A stretch of DNA of 64,000 nucleotides, from assembly GCF_009914755.1 (NCBI RefSeq), contig NC_060927.1; one strand, 5' to 3'. The number at the start of each line of letters is the position of its first letter. Position 1 is the first letter of the stretch. The position numbers and the translations under genes were made by a program. The notes under the pieces are model-generated. The model was not told the DNA's origin. It did no database searches and saw nothing but the letters and a program-made list of their open reading frames with translations. This stretch comes from the human T2T-CHM13v2.0 reference genome, Homo sapiens. Shown one piece after another: positions 27,411 to 42,402 of this stretch.

Positions 27411-28242
27411 CTGAGTGTAATCTGGAAGTGAAGTATATTTTTATCTACTAAACACATGATCAAATAGGGATTTTTTATTCTGAATTTAACATTAACAGAA
27501 ATGTTATGTTGCTCTTTATGAGACGAAATAAAATTGGATGTCACTTATAAATGGATTTTGATTGATTTTTTTAAAGTATTGACTCACTAATCTTCAAATT
27601 GGTAGAAGGAGGTCAGTAGACTTTGACTCATAAATTTTTGTAAGCATAATGGCTTGTTGAATAACTCCTAATTGTCTTTAACAACCTTGGTTTCTGTCCT
27701 CTTTTTTCCAAATGCAGATATAGCAGATGTCTTCAGCATCTAATTTTTTATTACACTTTCATATGTGCAGTCATACAAGAGCTGGAGTATTTGTTTTGTT
27801 AATTCTGTATCTTTATTGTCTAGAACACTGCTAACAAATAGCAGATGCTCAACAAATAATTGTTGCTTAATATTTCAAATCTGTAGTGTCATTCTACCTC
27901 CTAATCCCAAATAGCCATCATAACTTTTTAGACTAACATTACTCATTAAGGTAACTTAGTATACAATGAATTTATAAATGTAACCATACAATTTCATGCT
28001 TAGAGAACGTTTTCTCTCCATTCTCTCTACCTTTAGACCATTCTGCAGTTTAAATCTTGAACCAAAATGTCATTTAACCATCCTTCTGAACGATAACTCC
28101 ATAATTAACTCAAGCACCAAATAAGTCATCTAGCTCTTGATGGTAATAATTAATATTTGTTGAATGCTTATTCTATATCAGGCTCTGTTTTAAGCACATT
28201 ATATACATTATCTCATTTTATTCTTTCAGCAGCTATGTACAC

Positions 28243-28586
28243 CAGCAGTCCCCCACCTTTTTGGCACCAGGGACTGGTTTCATGGAAGACAGTTTTTCAA
28301 CAGACTGGTGGCAGGTGGAAATGGTTTCAGGATGAAACTGTTCCACCTTAGATCATCAGGCATTAGTTAGATTCTCATAAGAAGCATGCAACATAGATCC
28401 CTCACATGCACAGTTCACAACAGGGTTTGCACTCCTTTGAGAATCTAAGGCTGCTACTGATCTGACAGGAGGCGGAGCTCAGGCAATAATGTTCGCTCAC
28501 CCACCACTCATCTCCTGCCACGTGGCCCAGTTCCTAACAGGCCATGGACTGCTACTGCTTCACGGCCTTGGGGTGGGGGACTCCTA
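28243..28586. mobile_element. MER1B-like hAT-Charlie element inserted in a MIR
   Basis: Termini CAGCAGTCCCCCACC...GGTGGGGGACTCCT, MER1-type internal sequence and 8-bp flanks ATGTACAC/ATATACAG. MIR sequence lies on both sides. Confidence 0.75.
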
Positions 28587-28997
28587 ATATACAGTATTAA
28601 AGTCAGATGAAGAAACAGGAACAGAGAGGTAAAATAACCTGCCAGGTGATAAAAACTAGGATTTGAACCCAGACAATCTGAACCCAGCCACCCTGTCATG
28701 CACAGGAGCCTACTTTGCAAGTATTTGGCCTTCCAGGGAATGAGATGTCCACATCCCATCACCACCGCCACCACTATTCCACATTTAACAATTAGACCTA
28801 TACAGGTGTAACCATATTCACATGTAACAGTGGATTAAATTTAAACTTTTAGTTGTGTTAATTCACTGCAAATCAGCTTATGTGTCTTGTAAGTAGTAAG
28901 CAACTTGAAAGTACCTGTTGTTGCTTATGACAAGATAAATTAGATCACCAAATCTTTATATTTAGTAACTTCATCATCACTTAGAAATCAACCGCTG

Positions 28998-29312
<315 letters not shown>

Positions 29313-30268
29313 TTAGGAAATTCTTTTTTTTTTTTTTTTGTCTCTCTTAAATTCCTCTTAATCTAAATAAAGACATTTTATTTTGTCTCAGGATACAGAG
29401 GTCAATTGAATATAGCAAATTTTGTCAGTGTTGTAAAAAATCTGGAGAGGAATGTAAACGGCTCATCTTGTGTCTGGCCTCTAATTGAATCAGTCAGCTA
29501 TGGTGGGGTTAGGGGACAGATCCATGTATTTACTTGCATAGGACAAAAATTAGTCATTTGTGAGTGTTCACATACTTCCACCTCTCCCAACCCACCAAAG
29601 AGAATTGTAATTTGACAGTACAATAATCCCTTCCCCTACTCTTAAAAAAGTTGATCTTACAAGGTCAGTCCTATGTTTTTATGAAAAAGAATTAGAATGA
29701 GTAGAAAGGAACTAGTCAAGAAAAGCAGAAGATTTGGGTTGATAGACATAAAGTGCTGGGAATGAGAGGAAGAGAGAGAGATCGTGAAATTCCTGGGCTG
29801 GGAATAAAGACTGTGTGTAGGTAGGACAGCCTTTGGTGAAGGAGACACTTTGGAGAGCATGGTGTGTGAAAACACTTAAAGGAAAATTAAAGGGAATTAA
29901 GAGGAAATTGAAGGGAAGGAGTATATGAGAAGGGTTGCTTTGTGGTTATAAGCTGAATTTTCTTTAATGTATTTTGAAAGACCCCGGTAAAGAAAGGAAT
30001 TTCTTTTAATTTTGCAGAGAATGAGGAGTTGTCCAATTAGGTGTTGAATTGTTCTTCCTTGGAACTCTCAAGAGAGGAGTTGTGTTTAGAGATAGATTTG
30101 GGAGCTGTAAGCAAGTAGATGTGTTATGAGTCACAGTGCTGAGGGCAAGAATATAAAGAAGAGATGAAGGCCAAGAAGAAACTTAGAGAACACAAAATAG
30201 AAAAGCTCAGAAAGCAGGGGTACCAGGAAAAGGGACTAAAATAGTCATCATAAGGTAGGATAATAGGA

Positions 30269-30567
<299 letters not shown>

Positions 30568-30640
30568 TCAAGGAGCCAAGAAAAGAGACAGATTCAATAG
30601 TGGAGGACGGGCAAAATATCAAATGCTGCAGAGGCAGAGA

Positions 30641-30977
30641 CCGTGGTGTGCTGGAGCCACATTGTTAAATTTTCACAATTTTATTGAGCCAATCGTTATG
30701 CATGCTATTATTAAAACTTAAATTGAATACAGTTAAACAAATTATATTAAAAATAAAAGTAATAAATACACAAAGCATACCACTTCCTTATTACTTTACA
30801 TTGCTGAGATGATTCATGCCCATGGTATCTGAGTAGTGGAAATACACTGTAATATTTGTGCTGCTTTTAAATCAGTCATGGTGGGAGTATTTACACCACA
30901 AAAATTGGCAAACACTACCAATCAGGGCATTTTTCTCTGCAAAGAGAGCCAGTTAAATATTTACCAGCATGCCACTG
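30641..30977. mobile_element. MER63-like hAT DNA transposon
   Basis: Terminal inverted repeats CCGTGGTGTGCTGG ... CCAGCATGCCACTG with an AT-rich interior. Confidence 0.6.
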
Positions 30978-32972
30978 AGAAAATAGAATTGAAGTCAAGA
31001 AAAGTCTAATGGATTTAGCAAGAAGGAGATGACATATACTTAAGTTTCAGTAGAAAGGTAGGTGACAAAAACCACAGTAAAGTGGGTTGAGGAGTGAAAT
31101 AATAAAAAATTAAAAACATGTGTTCAAGTAAGTTTGAGAACCATTGAATTAAACCGAGAAGCAGATTGTTATTGTTGATGATGGTTTTGTTTTTTAAATT
31201 ACAAGGTTTGCAGAGTACATACTATGCTAATGTACTTTATTAATCTCCAAAAATGAAGACCATATGCAAATTTATTTTATGGTAGAACCTTTTCTGTTGG
31301 AAAATCTTAGGGAACAAGTTATCTATAGAATACATTTTGGGAAATGCTGCTCTTGTATTTCACAATTAAGATGATACTGATTGTAAAGTTTGAGATTAAT
31401 ATTCTTGTTTTTAAAGTTTCATGATTTTTAAAAGAAATTTTGTCAAGAATGGATGTTGAATTTTGCTGAGTACTGTTTTTGTCGTTTTTGTAGTAATCAT
31501 ACGGTTTTTTGACCTAGTGCTGTGACACATTTTAATAGATTTTCAAATATTAAATCCTCTTTGCCTTTCTGAGATAAATGTAACTTGATTATGGTGGTTC
31601 ATTATTTTAATAGAGGATTTAATTTGTTAATTAGCATTTTATTTATTATTTAAAATCAATATTGATAAGTGGGACTGATATTTTTCTCTGTTGTCAGGTT
31701 TTAATATCAGTGTTATGACACTCCAGAAAAGTTAATTATGTCACTATATTTTTTCCTACTGAGAAACAGCTTATGTAGTAAGAAAATCATCTCTTCCTTG
31801 AAAGCTTTAAAAAATCAACTATAAAACTAATAGCTTTTGGAGGAAGTAATTCTTTGATAAGTTTTCAATTATTTCCATCGTTAATTATTTTTCTGTATCT
31901 TAAGTCAACTTCACCATTTATTTCATTTCAGACAAGTTAGTCTGAGTAAACTGCCCTTGGCCTGCCTTATTATTTACTTAGGTTCTGGTAAAAATCCCAT
32001 CCCAGATGTAAAATCATTGTGTGAGTAGAGATGAACAGCCCCTGTCTAACGTGGGCTGTGTTTAAGTGTGAGGCAATTGTCTGCTGTCTTCACAGCCCAG
32101 TTCTCTGGCTTCTAGGGATGATGGGTAGGGTGTTTATAATCGAATGAATATAAACTAATCTTGAGTTAAATGACCAGATGGCAGAGGTGAAAGAACGGCA
32201 ATCCGTGGTGTCTACTCCCCCCAGAATGGATCTTGTCTCTGCCCTACTGTGTTTCACGTCTGGGGATGATTCCTTCTAAGATACAGTGCAGTTCTGAATG
32301 GGTTCAGAAGGAAGAGGACTGGTAGCAGGAGGGGGTCTGGGGGAAAGGTTACCTAAATCTGCCTGACTCTGACAGTAGTAAGAACCAGCCAAGTGTTCTG
32401 TTTGATCCGACACTTGGGGCTACACACTAGGAATAGATACCAGTTTCTAGAAATCTTTACTTTTTGCCCATCTACTTCTGAAGAAATACCTATGTATTTC
32501 AAAGGAAAATTGGCACAAGTATCAAGGAAAGCTGGTACAACTTAATCTTAACCTGGAATCAACTCCTTTAATTTTTACATACAGATTTGGTTCCGTTTTT
32601 TAGATTAAAATTTTTACCTTTGTTTTCACGTATTTGAGCCCTTTTTAATAGTTGCCTTAAATGTAAAAAAAAAAACACAAAAAAAAAAACAAACCCAAGT
32701 GGTAATCTGTCATAGATAAAGTGTTTCTCATCTCTCATGTGTTCTGCCTGTTGTGTGTAATGAGCGGTTTCGCTGTGGGTGCTCCTTTCATTTCTGGCTA
32801 ACACATTAGAGTGTGTTTATGTAAATTGCTGTGATACCGGTCAGCAGTCACAGCCAGAAAACATAAAACATGTGGGCATTACACACTGACACATTAGCTC
32901 TTTCTAAAGAAGAACATGTCCCATTCTGAAAAGAAAATTATTGCTTTGTTTTTGATATTGAGTCTGTATTAA

Positions 32973-33238
<266 letters not shown>

Positions 33239-33565
33239 AAAAGGTTTTCTCTCATTTTTCAAATAGAAGTACTAAACAATGCCAGAGAAATAAATAAACA
33301 GGCAAAATACGTTGGCTATAGTTTATATTATTTCCTGCTAGAGTTAACAAAATGGGAAAACATTTTATCTTCATGGTCTACTACATTTATGCCATGTGTT
33401 AAGTAATAAAATAGCTTTTGTAAATTATAAATTAAAAGGTACAGATTTAAAAGAGAAAATACTGTAGAGTTTCATGTAGGTAAGACTGTGTAGAATGTCG
33501 GGTCTCGATGTTGGCGCTATTCAAGCCCTGATGATAAGGCTTTTGGCATTAGATGCTGTTTTGTC

Positions 33566-33574
33566 TTGATGGAA
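33566..33574 (+). promoter_or_regulatory. STAT5 site of the PPARgamma3 (A2) promoter carrying the -681G allele (TTGATGGAA rather than TTCATGGAA)
   Basis: Position 33568 is exactly 681 nt upstream of A2 (34249). A C here would give the TTCnnnGAA consensus. This corresponds to the known C-681G variant. Confidence 0.75.
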
Positions 33575-33910
33575 AATACAGCTATTCTAGGATCCTTGAG
33601 CCTTTCATAAGAGATAAGGTTGTGAATCCTAAGACCCTAGGACCATTTACTTAGATGATCTGCTCTCTGGTTCGTCCTCTGAAAAGTCTGCTTCGCGAGG
33701 GGTGTGCTGCATTTGCCTTGCCTAAGTGGTGTGGCACACAACTGTACTGTCACCTTAGGCTTAATAACCATGTGTCATCTAGAATGAAGTTATATTTTAC
33801 TAAGGATCGTTTTTGCCATGTATAACTTCTCAAACATTAACTTTCAGGGTTATTAATCCTTTTAAGGTCTAGTTTTTCTTAAGTCTGTGCAGTAATAGAG
33901 GTATCGTCAT

Positions 33911-33919
33911 TCATGTGAC
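33911..33919 (+). promoter_or_regulatory. E-box TCATGTGAC (SREBP element of the gamma3 promoter)
   Basis: ATTCATGTGACATAAA lies ~340 nt upstream of A2, consistent with the described gamma3 SREBP E-box. Confidence 0.55.
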
Positions 33920-34248
33920 ATAAAAGATGGAAAGGGGCTTCATTCATGTTAGTGATGGAAATAGGAAAGTAGGTGAAGTGAATCTAATAGATGTTTCTTT
34001 TATGAAATAATTTTTAAAAGATTCTCCAGCCCTGCATGATTTATGATGAATCATTTTGTGGTCTGTTAGTTACTTCTAGAGAATAGAAAGCATTGTAGGC
34101 TCAGGGAAAGCAAACATTCAGAATGAAATCCAATAGAGAAGGTAAATTTATTTGGGCATGTACATTTTGGCAGCCTAGGCTGTGTACATGTGTACACATT
34201 CTGAACATGTGTGTATATTGAAAATCTTGTCTCTTTTTTATTGTTAAG

Positions 34249-34322
34249 ATTTGAAAGAAGCCAACACTAAACCACAAATATACAACAAGGCCATTTTCTC
34301 AAACGAGAGTCAGCCTTTAACG
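34249..34322 (+). other. PPARG: PPARG non-coding exon A2 (74 nt)
   Basis: Acceptor tctcttttttattgttaag|ATTTGAAAGAAGCCAACAC...GTCAGCCTTTAACG|gtaagt. This matches the PPARG mRNA sequence that precedes coding exon 1. The exon contains no ATG. Confidence 0.95.
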
Positions 34323-35238
34323 GTAAGTAAAATCAGAATTTATACTGCATTTGTATTGAAAAATATCCCTTTTAAAGAATATGTAAATTATACATTGTAT
34401 TTTATTGTAAAATTTCCTAGAGAGTGATTTTTGACTATTATAATACTTTCTGCTATATAATTTTCCAGTCAGTTGGACTATGCAGTGTAACATATTTGTC
34501 TAACACAAAACAAAGGTAAGATAGGAAAATGACCTAGAAGTTGAGAAATAACTCAAATCCTTAAAAATGAATCTCTAATTAAAGTCTTTTATATTCATGT
34601 TATTTTTCTACTTAATAATTACATTATTTTAGATTCTTATGATACTTTTAATTAAATTGAGATAAAAATTAAGATTTCTTTCATGGTTCCCTATTGGCCA
34701 TGCAGTCATAATCTGTGGTCACAAAGGAGAAAGTAGCTTCGTATAAGCCAAATGTGCTCCATTCTAGGAGGAAGAATTGCTAAGTTATACCCGGCATTAA
34801 AACTACTTCCTTCCTGGAACTGACTAGATGGGGGTAGGATTTCAGAGGCTCCAGGGGCTCCCAAAGTTTCGGGATATCCACCATGGATAATTTATCCTTC
34901 CGAGGCCTAACTATAGGGTTCCAAGACAGTTCTTAGTCCCCAACTTTTTTGGGAAGGAAAAGGAGACCTGTCACTTTAAGGTTTTATGTAGTTTTAGGAC
35001 TATTGATTTTGGTAAATCATGAGCTATCACAGAATAGCTCATTTTCCTGAAATCTGCAAATAAATGAAATCCACAACATTGAATAAAGAATCATCAGATA
35101 GATAGATACAGAAATTAATATAGAGATGTGTATATATGTGGGTTATTATACATATATATGTTTGCTAACTCTGTCTGCTTCTAGAGGACCTAGAAGCAGT
35201 GACTCCCCAGTAGCAAACTAGATCGTGGTTTCCAAATA

Positions 35239-35473
35239 CAGGCTGAGCATCCCAAATCTGAAAATCTGAACTTCAAAATGCTTTCAGATTCCAAACTTTT
35301 TGGGCATATAGGTGATGCTCAAATAAAATACTCTTGGAGCATTTTGGATTTTGGATTTTTGGATTTGGGATGCTCAACAAGTAAGTGTTAAGCAAATATT
35401 CCAAAATCCAAAAAAATTCAAAATCCGAGATATTTCTGGTCCCAAACATTTTGGATAAGAGATACTCAATCTA
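35239..35473. mobile_element. Tigger4a/MER46A-like MITE within an old L1MC-like fragment
   Basis: TA flanks, CAGGCTGAGCATCCCAAATC... and ...GGATAAGAGATACTCAATCTA termini, and an internal inverted copy GATTTGGGATGCTCAAC. Confidence 0.7.
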
Positions 35474-35759
35474 TACCATTTTTCCTTAAAGGAAACCAGA
35501 GCTCTTTGGAGAAGTGGTTAATTCTAAGGCTGGGGCAGGGAAAATACAGGCTGAGCCTGGAGGATGTTGTGGTCAGCCTGAAAGAGCTCCCAGTGGCCAA
35601 AGCTGGAACAATTTCATCAATAAAATAACTACGTATAATATTGAATTATAATCTGATTTATAAATAAAATGTATACACATGAGTCCAAATTGATATACAT
35701 AAATGACTGAATAAGTAAATAAATGGGGGGAGAAGAACTCTTTCTTGTAGAAGACTTTA

Positions 35760-36145
<386 letters not shown>

Positions 36146-36669
36146 TTAATTAATTAATTAATTGAGTGAAAGTTTAAGGTGAAACAGAATATTTGCATAA
36201 CCTCAAAGTATCTGCCCCCACTTACTCAGTAATTACAAAAGGAAAAATAGTAACTTTACAGTGGAGAATCCTGATGGACACCACCTTAACCACATGATCA
36301 AGGTCAATATCAAGGATAGTAAGACATAGTGAGCTCATATGCCCCTGATAGAATGTCCTGAAAAGGACAGATCATGCCTTTCGAATTCTTCCCAAACATC
36401 CTTAATCTCATTTGACTATGAGAAAGCTTTAACCTAAATACAAACACATTCTTCAAAATATCTGACCCTCGCCGTTCAACAGTGTCAGAGGCATAAAAGA
36501 CACATCTTTGCTAAGAAATCACTACAGATTAGGAGGAGAATATTGCATGACAACTAAATGCAATGTGGGATCCTGGATTGGATCCTAGAGCTGAAAAGGG
36601 ACGTTAGTAGGAAAACTGGTGAAATCCAAATAGTTATAGTATTGTGCCATTCTCAATTTATTAGGTCTT

Positions 36670-37240
36670 TTTTTGCTTTTATTATTATTTTTAATTAACA
36701 TATAATTGTACATATTTATGTGGTACAGTGTGACATTTCAATACCTGCATACAATGTGTAATGATCAAATCAGGGTAAGTAGCATATCCATCACCTCAGA
36801 CACTTATCATTTTTTTGTATTGGGAGCATTCAAAATCTGCTCTTCTAGCTATTGGAAAATATACGATAGGTTGCTGTTAATTATATTTACCCCACAGTGC
36901 TATAGATCATTAGAACTATTCCTTGTATCTAACTGTAGTTTTGTGTCTGGTAACCAATCTCTCGCTATCCCCAGCCCTTCCCTGCCTCTAGTAGCAACTA
37001 TTCTACTGTCCACTTTTATGAGATCAACTTTTTAAACTTCGCATATGAGTGAGAACATGTGGTATCTGTCTGCTTATTTCACTTAACATAATCACCACCA
37101 AGCTCATCCATGTTGTCATGAATGACAGGATTTCATTCTGTTTTATGGCTGAATGGTATTCCATCGTGTATGTGAGCCACATTTTCTTTATCCATTCATC
37201 TGTTGCTGGAACTCAGGTGGATGCTGTATGTTGGCTTCAG
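36670..37240 (-). mobile_element. L1MA-like 3' end
   Basis: Antisense L1 3'UTR motifs (GTACATATTTATG, AATGATCAAATCAGGGTA, TTTATGGCTGAATGGTATTCC). Confidence 0.75.
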
Positions 37241-38224
37241 TGTATCAACACTGATAATTGTGCTGGGACTGCACTGTGGTAACTGGGGGGAAGCTGGCTG
37301 AAAGGTATGTAGGAACTCCCTCCACTATCTTTGCAACCTTTCTGTAAGCCTCAGATTATTTCAAGTTAAGTAGTTTTTTAAGGTCACAATGGAGTCACTA
37401 AATAATCATTCTCATTAGATTTTCGCTAATTTATAGAGGAAGATTCTGCATTTGCAAATCTTAGAACAGAGTAATGCAGGGGCATTCTTTTCATCAAGAC
37501 TATTTCTTGAGCTATTTTCTAATCCTTCTCATACACACTCCCATCCCTACCTCTACAAGTCTGGTCTCTATTTAGTGTACTTAATACTTTAGCCAGTTGC
37601 TTACAGCCCTCTAGAAACCTGTGAGTGGGAATAACTCCACAAAGCTCTGCCTCCTCGGGAACCACATCTTAGCAGTGTTTTTTGTTGGTGACAGTGAGGG
37701 TCTAATTTGAATGTTCACACCAGAACTGTCAAAGTATTTCATGCAATACTTTGAAAAAAATCTCTTGATCCACCAATCATCATTACCCAAGACAGGATTT
37801 GAACAAGAATTTAGAACTCGTAGTCTTATATTTGTTTGAATGGGAAGAGGAGAGAAGCAGACCGTATTGTTTCTAGGCAAAATGTCTGGGAATTCAGTGA
37901 ATACAAGTAGTACTACGGGAACTTTCATTCTTAAAGGAAATCAATGACAGCATTAAGTTGTCTAGAAAATCAGTTTAACTTTAGAAAAGCATAAAGCCGT
38001 TTAAAATCAAAAGAGCAAACTCTTAAAAGACAAAGTTAGGAGCAGGTACGTACTTTGGCGTCTGAAAATGAGCGGTCTAAATTCAAGCATTTTGACATGA
38101 AAAATGAAATGTGAAGTATTTGGAATTCAACCCTGAATTTTTTTGCCGGTAACTCTTGTGTATGTTCAACTAATTTAGCAAACTGCACTAGTTCACATTT
38201 TTTAGGTGAAACAAGAAATAACAG

Positions 38225-38480
38225 AAGTTGCACCTAAAGTAGTCAAATTTCGTAGAGACAGAAAGTGGAATGGTGCTTACCAGGGGCTGGGGCACTGGAA
38301 AGGAACGGGGAGTTAGTGTTTAATGGGGACAGTTTCAGTTTTGCAAGATGAAAGCATCCTGGAGAATGGTTACACAACATTGTGAGTGTACTTAATGCCA
38401 TTGAATGCACACTTAAAATGGTTAAAATGGTAAATTTTATATTGTGTATATTTTATACAGTTTTAAAAACTAAAAAAAAA
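38225..38480 (+). mobile_element. L1MB-like 3' end
   Basis: GTAGTCAAATTTCGTAGAGACAGAAAGT...CACTTAAAATGGTTAAAATGGTAAATTTTAT followed by an A tail. Confidence 0.7.
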
Positions 38481-39826
38481 AAGTAACAAGTCTTCAGCAG
38501 TTATATTCCACTTCATTGCCAGGGTGTCTGGCTCTAAGGGGAATCTCTGCTTAGAGGACCATTAATCCTTAGGAACCTTTTTTTTTTAAAAAAATCTAAA
38601 GATGGTTCCTGGACATCATTTACCAACTGGCAGTTTAAATGGCCTGTGTACCATAAATTGTGAGGTTAAAAAAAATCTGGTACACAGGAAACAGTAGAGC
38701 TGGGTGGCTGGGAGAGTTGCTTTTGGGGTTAATTTATAACTAAGACAAATGAATCTATGAAAAGAAGAAAAGCCCCGTAAGAAATATGCTAACTGATGGT
38801 GAGGGAGAAAAGGGTTTAGATAAAAGATATCTGAACTTGTTTGGTCTCAATGATTTTATGACTGAGGAATTCAATTATAGATGTACTGGATGGAGCAAAT
38901 CACAATTCTGTAAATTACTAATAGGACACAACGATCTTTATCATTTTCTGTATGTGCTCACATGCAAAGTTCAGTCCTGCCCTCTGTAAATAAACTCTCT
39001 GCCTAGCTATACCCATGCTATGAATTCAGGGCTTGAGTGTTGAAACATAGGCAATGCTTACTGCCCCAACCTTAAAGGCAGGTGGAACTGAGATTAGGAA
39101 CGAAGACAAATTACTTTTGCTTTTGAATTTTGGCCTTCGGGTTTGTTTCATTTTTGTTCATTTCTTTTCATTTTTATTACTAAAAAGCTGATTTTTTAAA
39201 ATAAAAAGATCACAACCACACAAAAAAACTATTCTTCTGTAGTTTCTTCCAGTTTTGTTCACATGTGTATGCTTTTTATTTACTGACAGTTACCGTATAT
39301 ACATCACTTGGCCCTCAGCCTCTTTCACTGTTAGGTCCTATAAATTTTTCATTTCTACCTGGCTTTCAGAGTTTTCATAATGGCAACATAATCTTAGTGA
39401 TAGCACATAATTTACTAAGCCAGTTTTTAGGTGGCTTCTGGTGTTTTTATTATTGTATAATTATGTTTTATTCTTATACCATTACATACCATGAATATCT
39501 TTATGTAAATATTTCACTCAATTAAAAAAATATTTTCTTCAGATAAATTGCCAAGAGAGGAATTTCTTTGTTAAAGTGTTTGAGCAATTAATTACCTTAC
39601 TCTTGCATTATTAATTTTATGACATTTCAAATTGCTTGGAGGATATATTAATAGCAAATGAACAAAACATACAAAGCATAAATATATTTTGGAAATACAT
39701 TTAAATGATTTCTGTTAATTTAAATGAATTATCATTTACTTAAGGCTTTGGGTGTATGATAGTGGTGGGAGGCTGGAGAGTGAAGCGCTTCAATAGTTGT
39801 TTAGAGATTAGAACGATGTGAGTGGT

Positions 39827-40093
39827 TTATTTTTATTTTTATTCTTTAGAGGCAGGGCCTTCCTCTGTTGCTCAGGCTGGAGTGCAGTGGTGCAATCATA
39901 GCTCACTGCAACTTCAAATTCCTGGACTCAAGTGACCCTCTTGCCTCAGCCACCGGAGTAGCTGGGACTACAGGCACACACCACCGCACCTGGCTAATTG
40001 CTAAATTATTTTCAGAGATGAGGCCTTGCTATGTTGCTCAGACTGGTCTCAAACGTCTGGCCTCAAGCAATCCTCCTGCCTTGGCCTCCCAAA
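39827..40093 (-). mobile_element. Alu (AluJ-like)
   Basis: Antisense diverged dimer. Confidence 0.85.
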
Positions 40094-42402
40094 TGGTGTT
40101 TTTTTAAAAAACCCAGCTTAATAGCAAAGAAGTTACAGATTATTTCCTGAGGCTATGTCAAATTTAAATAAAATGTAAAGACTGTGCTGTGGGTCCCTTA
40201 CCACCTTTAAGTCTAAGTTGCTAGTTATTAGGAAGAAATGATTGCTTTTGAAAATGCAGATTTAACAAAGTAGGACTTTCATAGAGATAAGTTCAAATCA
40301 GTTTTTAAAAAATATTCATTTAAAACCAAATATTTTTAAATTTGTGGTTTGAATATTTGAGAAACAAATTTAAGAATAAAGATACAATAAGAATTTTAAG
40401 ATACAAAACTATATGTTTACAATATATTAAAATGAATAGGAAAAAGATTATGGGTGAAACTCTCTCCTTTTTATTCTCAACTTTCTGTTTGGGGGTTCAG
40501 TGTCTCCTTCCACAGTTTTCTTTGCCTCAAATAAATAAAGCCAATTATGAGCTCTACAGTCTGAGTTATAGCATTCTTGGTTCTTTGGGTACCGCCAATA
40601 ACTTATATATCACAAATAATACATATACAGTGTTACATAGTAAGTGCTCAATAATTGGAAGCTAGTTCCATGGGGCAAAAGGAAAGCAACTGTGTTCTCT
40701 TTCATACTGTTCTAGTTTTTTTTTTTCCTTTAAGCTTGTGACTTCTTGTTCTTCAGTCCAGATCCTGTGATCTGAAATAATTTAAATTATTAAAAGTTAG
40801 ATATTTTTAACCTTTTATACTCCCACTAGACAGGACATAGGAAATTTAGTGACGTAAGCATCTTTAATAATCCTTAAAAGTCATAAGACTTGGTGGCTGG
40901 GACAAGAAACAATTAGGTATAAATTTCAGGGAAATACCATAATGGCATGACTTTTGTTTTCTTTTGTTAACAAGCCACATGGCTTTCCTCTCAAGCCCAA
41001 GGAATACATAGTGTGCTCTCCTTTTAAGATTTCAGTTTTGTCTGCATCACAGAGATGTATGTTTCCCTAAGTTTGCTCACTATAATTTGTGATTGCTATT
41101 TTTCTTATCTGCGAAGGAAGTACAGCAACTCCCACTGGGGAAATACCATGTTAAGTTGATCCTAAAATAAGAAATCTAAGGGAAAGGTCACATCCTAATA
41201 ACTTGTGCAAATCTAAATTCCCATGGAGCTTTGCAATCATTTTTAGGAGTATAAAAAATCTATTATTGAACTTCTTCCAGATAGCGTCGTAAAATTGAAG
41301 TACTTTTATATACAGAAGTAACCACTAAATTATAAATACAATTGACAAGACCTAATTTTTTAAGCAATCTATTATGAATACGTAGAGAAATCTGGCATGA
41401 CTAATAAACCACAAAATCTTTCTTGTCACTTTCACTGGAAATATAAAGTATATTACTCATGAAGTATTGTGATAATTACATACAATAGTAATTTCCTATT
41501 ACTATAGAGATATTTAATACTCAATTTTTACTTTTTTTTTTTTTAACTGATGCTGACCTTTTAGTTATACTTTGGAAGAACCTTAACCATGTTGTTCCAG
41601 GGAAATTCACTGCTTTGGGAGCCAGGTCACTGAGTTACTACTGTCTTTCCTCCTCTGTTCTTTGGCCATCGTTTAAGTTTCCTTACCTGTTAAGTAAGAA
41701 AGGTTTATGTTAAGGATCAAGTAAGATCAAATATATAAAGGGCTTAGAAATAATTTACGGCGTATATTTATGGTATTACTGTAATAATTGCCTTGACTTT
41801 TTTATCTTTTCCAAATGAATAAATCAAAATAGAAAGAGGTTGAGTAACTTACTCGAGCTAACAGTCACCGGTACACGCTAATCAGTGCCCCACTCACTGG
41901 TCAAATCTAAGTAATTCTTCAAGGGATGGAATGTAAATGGAAACTGCTCCCTTATGCTGCATACAGAGGTATTACATTTTGCAGTAAGGATTGATTGTTT
42001 CCTAGCACGTAGTAACTAACCTGTTTTGAGGATGCGTTGTTAGAAATGCATCTTGGACATTTATGTATATATACGTGCATATATATATGTATGTATGTAT
42101 GCATGTATGTATCGCTAGAGGAATGTGCGTCCTTGCTTTCTTACTACAAATTAAAGCTGAACAGAATGTGGTGTTTGTCTTTTGGTATTGTCTGAATAAA
42201 TACCAATATCTACTAGTATTTATTTCCTTGCTGGTAATAATGTGTTTTCATTAATTTAAGATTTATAGGAACATACTTGGGTGCTCCGCCTGCTAGAAAC
42301 TGATCTGTAGCATGAGCCATTTGTTGAAAGTACTTAGATATTTCTGCATTTATTTATTTCTGTTTCAGACCCCACAATAACTATATTACTATAAGAAATA
42401 TA

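Noticed and set aside
35239-35380. Long imperfect hairpin resembling a pre-miRNA
   Set aside because: It is explained by the internal inverted repeats of the Tigger4a/MER46A-like MITE.
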